DNA from: Nemertoderma westbladi
Lineage: Eukaryota; Animalia; Xenacoelomorpha
Reading direction: 5' to 3'
DNA: 64,000 bases
Assembly: GCA_032718475.1 (NCBI GenBank)
Contig: JAUCBJ010007620.1
Coordinates: forward strand, 156,714-220,713
Made by a program: the position numbers and the translations under genes. Positions 1 to 10,719 of the stretch are shown here, one piece after another. Under the pieces are notes generated by a model. It was not told where the DNA came from and made no database searches. It saw nothing but the letters and a program-made list of their open reading frames with translations. How positions within the stretch are numbered: position 1 is the stretch's first letter; each line of letters starts with the position of its first letter.

Positions 1-2700
1 CAACATGCGACTATTGTAAAGATGGAAAAAGTAAGTGAAATCCATTGTCAGACAACATGCAACTATTTTAAAGATGGAAAAAGTAAGTGAAATACATTGT
101 CAGACAACATGCGACTATTTTAAAGATGGGAAAAGTAAGTGAAATCCATTGTCAGACAACATGCGACTATTGTAAAGATGGAAAAAGTAAGTGAAAACCA
201 TTGTCAGACAACATGCGACTATTGTAAAGATTGAAAAAGTAAGTGAAATCCATTGTCAGACAACATGCGACTATTGTAAAGATGGAAAAAGTTAGTGAAA
301 TCCATTGTCAGACAACATGCGACTATTGTAAAGATGGAAAAAAGTAAGTGAAATCCATTGTCAGACAACACGCGACTATTGTAAAGATGGAAAAATTAAG
401 TGAAATCCATTGTCAGACAACATGCGACTATTGTAAAGATGGAAAAAGTAAGTGAAAACCATTGTCAGACAACATGCGACTATTGTAAAGATTGAAAAAG
501 TAAGTGAAATCCATTGTCAGACAACATGCGACTATTTTAAAGATGGAAAAAGTAAATGAAATCCATTGTCAGACAACATGCGACTATTGTAAAGATGGAA
601 AAAGTAAGTGAAAACCATTGTCAGACAACATGCGACTATTTTAAAGATGGAAAAAGTAAGTGAAAACCATTGTCAGACAACATGCGACTATTTTAAAGAT
701 GGAAAAAGTAAGTGAAATCCATTGTCAGACAACATGCGACTATTGTAAAGATGGAAAAAGTAAGTGAAAACCATTGTCAGACAACATGCGACAAGATTGA
801 AAAAGTAAGTGAAATCCATTGTCAGACAACATGCGACTATTTTAAAGATGGAAAAAGTAAGTGAAATCCATTGTCAGACAACATGCGACTATTTTAAAGA
901 GGGAAAAAGTAAGTGAAAACCATTGTCAGACAACATGCGACTATTGTAAAGATTGAAAAAGTAAGTGAAATCCATTGTCAGACAATATGCGACTATTGTA
1001 AAGATTGAAAAAGTAAGTGAAATCCATTGTCAGACAACATGCGACTATTGTAAAGATTGAAAAAGTAAGTGAAATCCATTGTCAGACAATATGCGACTAT
1101 TGTAAAGATTGAAAAAGTAAGTGAAATCCATTGTCAGACAACATGCGACTATTGTAAAGATGGAAAAACTAAGTGAAATCCATTGTCAGACAAGATGCGA
1201 CTATTGTAAAGATGGAAAAAGTAAGTGAAAACCATTGTCAGACAACATGCGACTATTTTAAAGATGGAAAAAGTAAGTGAAAACCATTGTCAGACAACAT
1301 GCGACTATTTTAAAGATGGAAAAAGTAAGTGAAATCCATTGTCAGACAACATGCGACTATTGTAAAGATGGAAAAAGTAAGTGAAAACCATTGTCAGACA
1401 ACATGCGACAAGATTGAAAAAATAAGTGAAATCCATTGTCAGACAACATGCGACTATTTTAAAGATGGAAAAAGTAAGTGAAATCCATTGTCAGACAACA
1501 TGCGACTATTTTAAAGAGGGAAAAAGTAAGTGAAAACCATTGTCAGACAACATGCGACTATTGTAAAGATTGAAAAAGTAAGTGAAATCCATTGTCAGAC
1601 AATATGCGACTATTGTAAAGATTGAAAAAGTAAGTGAAATCCATTGTCAGACAACATGCGACTATTGTAAAGATTGAAAAAGTAAGTGAAATCCATTGTC
1701 AGACAATATGCGACTATTGTAAAGATTGAAAAAGTAAGTGAAATCCATTGTCAGACAACATGCGACTATTGTAAAGATGGAAAAACTAAGTGAAATCCAT
1801 TGTCAGACAACATGCGACTATTTTAAAGATGGAAAAAGTAAATGAAATCCATTGTCAGACAACATGCGACTATTTTAAAGATGGAAAAAGTAAGTGAAAA
1901 CCATTGTCAGACAACATGCGACTATTGTAAAGATTGAAAAAGTAAGTGAAATCCATCGTCAGACAACATGCGACTATTTTAAAGATGGAAAAAGTAAGTG
2001 AAATCCATTGTCAGACAACATGCGACTATTTTAAAGATGGAAAAAGTAAGTGAAATCCATTGTCAGACAACATGCGACTATTGTAAAGATGGAAAAAGTA
2101 AGTGAAAATCATTGTCAGACAACATGCGACTATTTTAAAGATGGAAAAAGTAAGTGAAATCCATTGTTAGACAACATGCGACTATTGTAAAGATGGAAAA
2201 AGTAAGTGAAAACCATTGTCAGACAACATGCGACTATTGTAAAGATTGAAAAAGTAAGTGAAATCCATTGTCAGACAACATGCGACTATTGTAAAGATGG
2301 AAAAAGTTTTAGTGAAATCCATTGTCAGACAACATGCGACTATTGCAATAATGGAAAAAGTAAGTGAAACCCATTGTCAGCCAACATGCGACTATTTTAA
2401 AGATGGAAAAAGTAAGTGAAATCCATTGTCAGACAACATGCGACTATTGTAAAGATGGAAAAAGTAAGTGAAAATCATTGTCAGACAACATGCGACTATT
2501 GTAAAGATGGAAAAAGTAAGTTAAATCCATTGTCAGACAACATGCGACTATTGTAAAGATGGAAAAAGTAAGTGAAAACCATTGTCAGACAACATGCGAC
2601 TATTATAGAGATGGAAAAAGTAAGTGAAATCCATTGTCAGACAACATGCGACTATTGTAAAGATGGAAAAAGTAAGTGAAATCCATTGTCAGACAACATG
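1..2700 (+). repeat. 52-bp tandem satellite, left segment (continues beyond window start)
   Basis: Consensus CAACATGCGACTATTGTAAAGATGGAAAAAGTAAGTGAAATCCATTGTCAGA (52 nt) repeated head-to-tail with scattered substitutions; about 52 monomers. Contains a 617-bp (12-mer) duplication marked by a 7-nt deletion at ~793 and ~1410. Confidence 0.99.
2685..2700 (+). repeat. Left target-site duplication of LINE (ATTGTCAGACAACATG)
   Basis: Identical 16-mer immediately flanks the insertion at 2685-2700 and 6519-6534. An uninterrupted paralogous site with matching variant monomers on both sides is at 23351-23366. Confidence 0.9.
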
Positions 2701-2788
2701 AAAGACTCATGACATAACTGTAACTTTAACTTTGACAACCTAACTGTACTGCTGTATGTCAATTATTTAAATTTATTATTTCAATGAT

Positions 2789-3568
2789 ATGGCTGAGGCA
2801 GTGGAGTTCGTGAAACACCAAGATGAAATTCTCAATCTGATCCGCTCCGTTAAACAAAAGAAAAGCTTCACCAATGACGAGGAGAAACACGTAATTGATA
2901 AACTGATGGCGATGTCATCCTTGTTTACCACTACGCTCGGTCTGCTCGCCGAAGCGCGCCAAGAGTCGGTTAACTCCAAAAACCAACTCCTGAACAACCT
3001 TCTGACACACCCCTCGGCTGCGGTTGCAGCAAACGCGAAAGTCGGACTTCCTCCCGCGACCTCGGCATGGAACAGGTCCGAGTGTGGTGCTGGTGCCCCC
3101 ACCAGCCTCGCCGCTACAAACGTCAACAACGTCACCACCGGTACCGGTACACCAGCCAGGAATCCACAACCAGCACCGCTTAGGACGATTATCGGGGGGA
3201 GCCGACCCGCCGGCGGCCCTATCCGGGCTGGTACGAAGCCGCCCGCGCCCCCACGGAAGGCCCACGTTCATATCGGGAGGTTGCACCCCAATGTAACCTC
3301 AAAGGATATCTGCGACTTCCTCAATCTGGAGAAAGTTCAATTCGACGAAGTTGTGGCAGTTCCCCCACGCCAGGATTCGCCATACATCAGTTATCATATC
3401 GTTTGCGACCAGGAAAAACGCGACTCAGTCATAGACCCCACATTATGGGAAGACGGAGTTACAATCCGTAACTACCGTCTAAATGACGAGGAGCGGGTTC
3501 ACTACGGAGTGCGCCCACGGCAATACAACGGAACCCCCATCCCATCCTCCCAACAGGACAGGGAATGA
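2789..3568 (+). CDS. LINE ORF1 protein (259 aa): N-terminal helical region, P/A/T-rich linker, C-terminal RRM-like domain
   Basis: ATG-initiated ORF. The C-terminal VHIGRLHPNVTSKDICDFL...YISYHIV...DPTLWEDGVTIRNY resembles the RRM-type ORF1 domain of CR1/L2/RTEX-type LINEs. Confidence 0.85.
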   Translation: MAEAVEFVKHQDEILNLIRSVKQKKSFTNDEEKHVIDKLMAMSSLFTTTLGLLAEARQESVNSKNQLLNNLLTHPSAAVAANAKVGLPPATSAWNRSECGAGAPTSLAATNVNNVTTGTGTPARNPQPAPLRTIIGGSRPAGGPIRAGTKPPAPPRKAHVHIGRLHPNVTSKDICDFLNLEKVQFDEVVAVPPRQDSPYISYHIVCDQEKRDSVIDPTLWEDGVTIRNYRLNDEERVHYGVRPRQYNGTPIPSSQQDRE

Positions 3569-6383
3569 CACCCGTCGCACCCGGTAATCCCAAACGATGA
3601 CGTCATCATTAGACTCTGGAACGTAGAAGGTTTACAATACCTGGTAAATCATTATAGCGACGCTGAACTCTACTCAAACTCAGATGTAGTCCTATTTACA
3701 GAAACTTTCCTCACTACAACTACATTTCAAACGCCGAATTACTACCCCTTCCTCTCGCCAGCTGCCCAGGGCTCCAGTGGCCGACCCAGTGGCGGTCTGC
3801 TAATTCTGTGCAAACCAAATTTAAACCCATCCGGACTTGCTCAAGATACCAGTCACATAATAATTAAAACTGATATAGCTTATTTCGCAGTTTTCTACTT
3901 TCCACCAAAAACCGCGCTGGAAAACATTATTCTCTCCATCTCCACTGCACTATCCCATACAGACTGCAACCTACCCACTGTATTGGGTGGAGATTTTAAT
4001 TGTAGACTCGATAACGGCAACCGCGGGTCAACTCTCGTGGAACACCTCAACTCGCTCGGTTTCACCTGCCTCAACAATGCTGCCAACCCCACTTATATAT
4101 CACCTCAAGGTGAGAGTGTCATCGACCTGATGTTTGTCAGATATGTTGGCGCCCTCCCACCAAATATACCAGACTTAAACGTTATTCTGGGCCCAATAAG
4201 GAAACACCAAAGGACCCAGGTGACTCTTGGTTTCCAGACATTAAACCTACCGCCGACTAAACCGCCTCGATACACACGGAAAATAAACCCTGATATCATC
4301 CGACAGCACCCCAATCTCCAGTTAATCCGGGAAAATCTAACAACCACCAACGACATAGATAGCGCGACTGCACTGTTCAATGAGGCGTTAACTAACTCTG
4401 CAACACTAATATCATCTTGCAACCCCAGCGGCAAACCCTGGTACGACGTTGAGTGCCAGGAACTTAAAGGAGCACTCATTTCAGCAATGAAAAATCGCAA
4501 TAAGTCAGAGACTGACAACACATCATTCTGGAACCTTCGAAAAATATACAAACGGCTTATTATATCTAAACGCAATGAATACGAAGAAAAGGTTTTATCA
4601 GACTTGGTGGGAAGAGCCGAGATTAAACCCTGGTCTTTGTTTAACGATCGTAAACCTACAGTCGCCCCGATCGATTCCATACGCTTAGAATCACACTTCC
4701 ACGACTTGCTGGGTATCTCGCGCGACCCCCCTGGCACAGAACCAATCCCAGTGACAAGCGAAGCAGATCGAAGCATCTCAGAATGGTACAATGAGCCTCT
4801 CTCCGACTCAGTTGTATTCGAAACAATACAATCCTCAGCAAACAATAAAGCCTCCGGGCCCGACAACATCTACTACGAACATCTAAAACAAGCCTGCCCG
4901 TTCATTCTGGTAACTCTAACTTTGCTCTACAACGTATGTCTCAATGCTGGCAAGCTTCCTTTCATCTGGAAGAACAGCATTATAAACATCCTGTATAAAG
5001 GTAAAGGTGCAATATCGAACCCGGACAACTACCGTGGCATCGCCCTTCTCTGCGTTCTCCTTAAAATACTAACATCGACTTTAAACAAACGTATTCGTCA
5101 ACATGTTGGCCAACTGATCCCACCCGAACAATATGGATTCCTCCCCGGTCGCTCTACGAATCAAGCTATATCAAAACTCCTCTGCGATATAGCATCAGCG
5201 TTCCGCTCGAGTCGCCGCGAAGAACGGATCGTCTACGCGGCATTCGTCGACTTCCGAAAGGCGTTCGACTTTGTAAGCCGTGCCAAGCTACTCCATAAAA
5301 TATATGCCCTCGGTATCAAAGGAAAGACATACGATCTCGTAAAGGAACTACTAGATAATTACATCCGGGTTTATGATGGCCTACGTTTCTCGAATATAAT
5401 CCACCAACTCCGCGGTGTCCTTCAAGGGGACTGCCTCTCTCCGACTCTTTTCATCATCTTCATTGCGGATCTGGCGTCAGCCCTCCGTAACTCTGTGGCT
5501 CTCCTTAAATTTATATTCTATGCAGACGACCTAGTGTTCTACTCCTGCAACAAACGCGAAATCCAATCTGCACTTGACGTCCTCCAAACCTGGTGTGTCG
5601 CTAATGGGATGGAGGTGAACCTCACCAAAACAAAAATTGTAAAATTCCGCAAAGGCGGCCGCATTGCACGCAGCGACCACTTCACTTACAACAACCGCGA
5701 AGTTCAACTCGCCAGCCATTACGAATATCTCGGAGTCACCTTCCAGTCCTCACTATCCTTCTCTCTCCACCTCAAACAGAAAAAAGAAAAAGCTTATTGC
5801 ATCATCGGTTCCCTTAAACACATCCACCTCTTGTCTGTAGAAACTGGAATTAAAATTTTTCAACTCAAAAATATCTCCAATGATAACATACGCACTACAA
5901 ATAATCTCACCACATCTCTCCCTGCAAAATGTGAAAGATATCGACAAAGTAAAAACGACCCACGTAAAACGAATGCTTCGACTACACAGCTCTGCTTCCT
6001 CGACACTTGTATTAAAATTGGCAGGGGAAAAATCATTCATCGAAGCCCTCCTAGAGACCTCCCTGTATGCGTTTAACCCAGAAGTTATCCGAAACTACCG
6101 GTCGTACCGCTCCGAACGCGAGGAGAATTTTGTTAACGAGGGATACTCCCGCGGTCCAGCATTCCAAACCTCGGTTTGGAAGACTCATGGCCAGACTAAC
6201 AGGCATGTTGTCACCCGGACGACAGCCCACGGATTCCACTTTAAAGTCTGCAACAACTCCGTTCCCTTCCATGCCTTAACCCCGGAATGCCATTGCAAGT
6301 TCTGCAAACTCTCCTGCAGTGACCGCTACCACATACTTTCCTGCAACCTCTGCCCGCCTCTGTCGGTACTCGCCGCAAACTAA
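3569..6383 (+). pseudogene. LINE ORF2 (apurinic-like endonuclease + reverse transcriptase + C-terminal zinc knuckle) with one +1 frameshift near 5867-5871
   Basis: The frame is open from 3569: IRLWNVEGL, FTETF, GRPSGG, GGDFN, SVIDL (APE); KPWYDVEC, NYRGIALL, QYGF, FVDFRKAFD, GVLQGDCLSPTLF, FYADDL, YEYLGV (RT). After FQLK the homologous frame continues as ISPMITYA... to CKFC-x8-H-x3-C and the stop at 6381-6383. Confidence 0.9.
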
Positions 6384-6518
6384 CCACAACGCCCCCCCCC
6401 CACCCTTGGCATATTACTGTACTTTTATATACTGTACTGTATTGGTATATGTTTTTCTATTGGCTGATTGGTATACTGTATCTCATATTTACCCCGCCCG
6501 GGGTGTATCTATTAATAT

Positions 6519-6534
6519 ATTGTCAGACAACATG
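6519..6534 (+). repeat. Right target-site duplication of LINE
   Basis: ATTGTCAGACAACATG, identical to 2685-2700; the satellite resumes in register. Confidence 0.9.
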
Positions 6535-9500
6535 CGACTATTGCAATAATGGAAAAGGTAAGTGAAATCCATTGTCAGACAACATGCGACTAATGTAAAG
6601 ATGGAAAAAGTAAGTGAAATCCATTGTCAGACAACATGCGACTATTGTAAAGATGGAAAAAGTAAGTGAAAACCATTGTCAGACAACATGCGACTATTAT
6701 AGAGATGGAAAAAGTAAGTGAAATCCATTGTCAGACAACATGCGACTATTGTAAAGATTGAAAAAGTAAGTGAAAACCATTGTCAGACAACATGCGACTA
6801 TTATAGAGATGGAAAAAGTAAGTGAAATCCATTGTCAGACAACATGCGACTATTGTAAAGATTGAAAAAGTAAGTGAAATCCATTGTCAGACAACATGCG
6901 ACTATTGTAAAGATGGAAAAAGTAAGTGAAATCCATTTCAGACAACATGCGACTATTGTAAAGATGGAAAAATTAAGTGAAATCCATTGTCAGACAACAT
7001 GCGACAATTGCAATAATGGAAAAAGTAAGTGAAATCCATTGTCAGGCAACATGCGACTATTGTAAAGATGGAAAAAGTAAGTGAAATCCATTGTCAGACA
7101 ACATGCGACTATTGCAATAATGGAAAAGGTAAGTGAAATCCATTGTCAGAAAACATGCGACTATTGCAATAATGGAAAAGGTAAGTGAAATCCATTGTCA
7201 GAGAACATGCGACTATTGTAAAGATGGAAAAAGTTAGTGAAATCCATTGTCAGACAACATGCGACTATTGTAAAGATGTAAAAAGTAAGTGAAATCCATT
7301 GTCAGACAACATGCGACTATTTTAAAGATGGAAAAAGTAAGTGAAATCCATTGTCAGACAACATGCGACTATTGTAAACATGGAAAAAGTAAGTGAAATC
7401 CATTGTCAGACAACATGCGACTATTGTAAACATGGAAAAAGTTAGTGAAATCCATTGTCAGACAACATGCGACTATTTTAAAGATGGAAAAAGTAAGTGA
7501 AATCCATTGTCAGACAACATGCGACTATTGTAAACATGGAAAAAGTAAGTGAAATCCATTGTCAGACAACATGCGACTATTGTAAAGATGTAAAAAGTAA
7601 GTGAAATCCATTGTCAGACAACATGCGACTATTTTAAAGATGGAAAAAGTAAGTGAAATCCATTGTCAGACAACATGCGACTATTGTAAACATAGAAAAA
7701 GTAAGTGAAATAAATCCATTGTCAGACAACATGCGACTATTGTAAAGATGTAAAAAGTAAGTGAAATCCATTGTCAGACAACATGCGACTATTGTAAAGA
7801 TGTAAAAAGTAAGTGAAATCCATTGTCAGACAACATGCGTCTATTGCAATAATGGAAAAGGTAAGTGAAATCCATTGTCAGAAAACATGCGACTATTGCA
7901 ATAATGGAAAAGGTAAGTGAAATCCATTGTCAGAGAACATGCGACTATTGTAAAGATGGAAAAAGTTAGTGAAATCCATTGTCAGACAACATGCGACTAT
8001 TGTAAAGATGTAAAAAGTAAGTGAAATCCATTGTCAGACAACATGCGACTATTTTAAAGATGGAAAAAGTAAGTGAAATCCATTGTCAGACAACATGCGA
8101 CTATTGTAAACATGGAAAAAGTAAGTGAAATCCATTGTCAGAGAACATGCGACTATTGTAAACATGGAAAAAGTAAGTGAAATCCATTGTCAGACAACAT
8201 GCGACTATTGTAAACATGGAAAAAGTTAGTGAAATCCATTGTCAGACAACATGCGACTATTTTAAAGATGGAAAAAGTAAGTGAAATCCATTGTCAGACA
8301 ACATGCGACTATTGTAAACATGGAAAAAGTAAGTGAAATCCATTGTAAACATGGAAAAAGTAAGTGAAATCCATTGTCAGACAACATGCGACTATTGTAA
8401 ACATGGAAAAAGTTAGTGAAATCCATTGTCAGACAACATGCGACTATTGTAAAGATGTAAAAAGTAAGTGAAATCCATTGTCAGACAACATGCGACTATT
8501 TTAAAGATGGAAAAAGTAAGTGAAATCCATTTCAGACAACATGCGACTATTGTAAAGATGGAAAAATTAAGTGAAATCCATTGTCAGACAACATGCGACT
8601 ATTGCAATAATGGAAAAGGTAAGTGAAATCCATTGTCAGACAACATGCGACTATTGCAATAATGGAAAAGGTAAGTGAAATCCATTGTCAGACAACATGC
8701 GACTATTGTAAAGATGGAAAAAGTAAGTGAAATCCATTTCAGACAACATGCGACTATTGTAAAGATGGAAAAACTAAGTGAAATCCATTGTCAGACAACA
8801 TGCGACTATTGTAAAGATGGAAAAAGTAAGTGAAATCCATTTCAGACAACATGCGACTATTGTAAAGATGGAAAAATTAAGTGAAATCCATTGTCAGACA
8901 ACATGCGACTATTGCAATAATGGAAAAAGTAAGTGAAATCCATTGTCAGACAACATGCGACTATTGTAAAGATGGAAAAAGTAAGTGAAATCCATTTCAG
9001 ACAACATGCGACTATTGTAAAGATGGAAAAATTAAGTGAAATCCATTGTCAGACAACATGCGACTATTGCAATAATGGAAAAAGTAAGTGAAATCCATTG
9101 TCAGACAACATGCGACTATTGTAAATATGGAAAAAGTAAGTGAAATCCATTGTCAGACAACATGCGACTATTGCAATAATGGAAAAGGTAAGTGAAATCC
9201 ATTGTCAGACAACATGCGACTATTGCAATAATGGAAAAGGTAAGTGAAATCCATTGTCAGACAACATGCGACTATTGCAATAATGGAAAAGGTAAGTGAA
9301 ATCCATTGTCAGACAACATGGGACTATTGTAAAGATGGAAAAATTAAGTGAAATCCATTGTCAGACAACATGGGACTATTGTAAAGATGGAAAAATTAAG
9401 TGAAATCCATTGTCAGACAACATGCGACTATTGCAATAATGGAACAAGTAAGTGAAATCCATTGTCAGACAACATGCGACTATTGTAAAGATGGAAAAAT

Positions 9501-10719
9501 TAAGTGAAATCCATTGTCAGACAACATGCGACTATTGCAATAATGGAAAAGGTAAGTGAAATCCATTGTCAGACAACATGCGACTATTGCAATAATGGAA
9601 AAGGTTAGTGAAATCCATTGTCAGACAACATGCGACTATTGTAAAGATGGAAAAAGTAAGTGAAATCCATTGTCAGACAACATGCGACTATTTTAAAGAT
9701 GGAAAAAGTAAGTGAAATCCATTGTCAGACAACATGCGACTATTTTAAAGATGGAAAAGTAAGTGAAATCCATTGTCAGACAACATGCGACTATTTTAAA
9801 GATGGAAAAAGTAAGTGAAATCCATTGTCAGACAACATGCGACTATTTTAAAGATGTAAAAAGTAAGTGAAATCCATTGTCAGACATCATGCGTCTATTG
9901 TAAAGATTGAAAAAGTAAGTGAAATCCATTGTCAGACAACATGCGACTATTGTAGAGATGGAAAAAGTAAGTGAAATCCATTGTCAGACAACATGCGACT
10001 ATTTTAAAGATGGAAAAAGTAAGTGAAATCCATTGTCAGACAACATGCGACTATTTTAAAGATGTAAAAAGTAAGTGAAATCCATTGTCAGACATCATGC
10101 GTCTATTGTAAAGATTGAAAAAGTAAGTGAAATCCATTGTCAGACAACATGCGACTATTGTAGAGATGGAAAAAGTAAGTGAAATCCATTGTCAGACAAC
10201 ATGCGTCTATTGTAAAGATTGAAAAAGTAAGTGAAATCCATTGTCAGACAACATGCGACTATTGTAGAGTTGGAAAAAGTAAGTGAAATCCATTGTCAGA
10301 CAACATGCGACTATTTTAAAGATGGAAAAAGTAAGTGAAATCCATTGTCAGACAACATGCGACTATTGTAAAGATGTTAAAAGTAAGTGAAAACCATTGT
10401 CAGACAACATGCGACTATTGTAAAGATTGAAAAAGTAAGTGAAATCCATTGTCAGACAACATGCGACTATTGTAAAGATGGAAAAAGTAAGTGAAATCCA
10501 TTGTCAGACAACATTCGACTATTGTAAAGATGTTAAAAGTAAGTGAAAACCATTGTCAGACAACATGCGACTATTGTAAAGATTGAAAAAGTAAGTGAAA
10601 TCCATTGTCAGACAACATGCGACTATTTTAAAGATGGAAAAAGTAAGTGAAATCCATTGTCAGACAACATTCGACTATTGTAAAGATGTTAAAAGTAAGT
10701 GAAATCCATTGTCAGACAA

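Larger units (their letters stand above)
2701..6518 (+). mobile_element. Apparently full-length non-LTR retrotransposon (APE-RT LINE, RTEX-like by motif pattern) inserted in the satellite
   Basis: 88-nt 5' UTR, ORF1, ORF2 (APE + RT + CCHC), and a ~135-nt 3' UTR ending in a GC stem-loop (ACCCCGCCCGGGGT) and an AT-rich end without poly(A); 16-bp TSD. The clade call is inferred from motifs only. Confidence 0.95.

Noticed and set aside
2776-6549. Overlapping and antisense ORFs within the LINE (e.g. 4105-4869 minus, 254 aa)
   Set aside because: Shadow frames of ORF1/ORF2 with no recognisable motifs.
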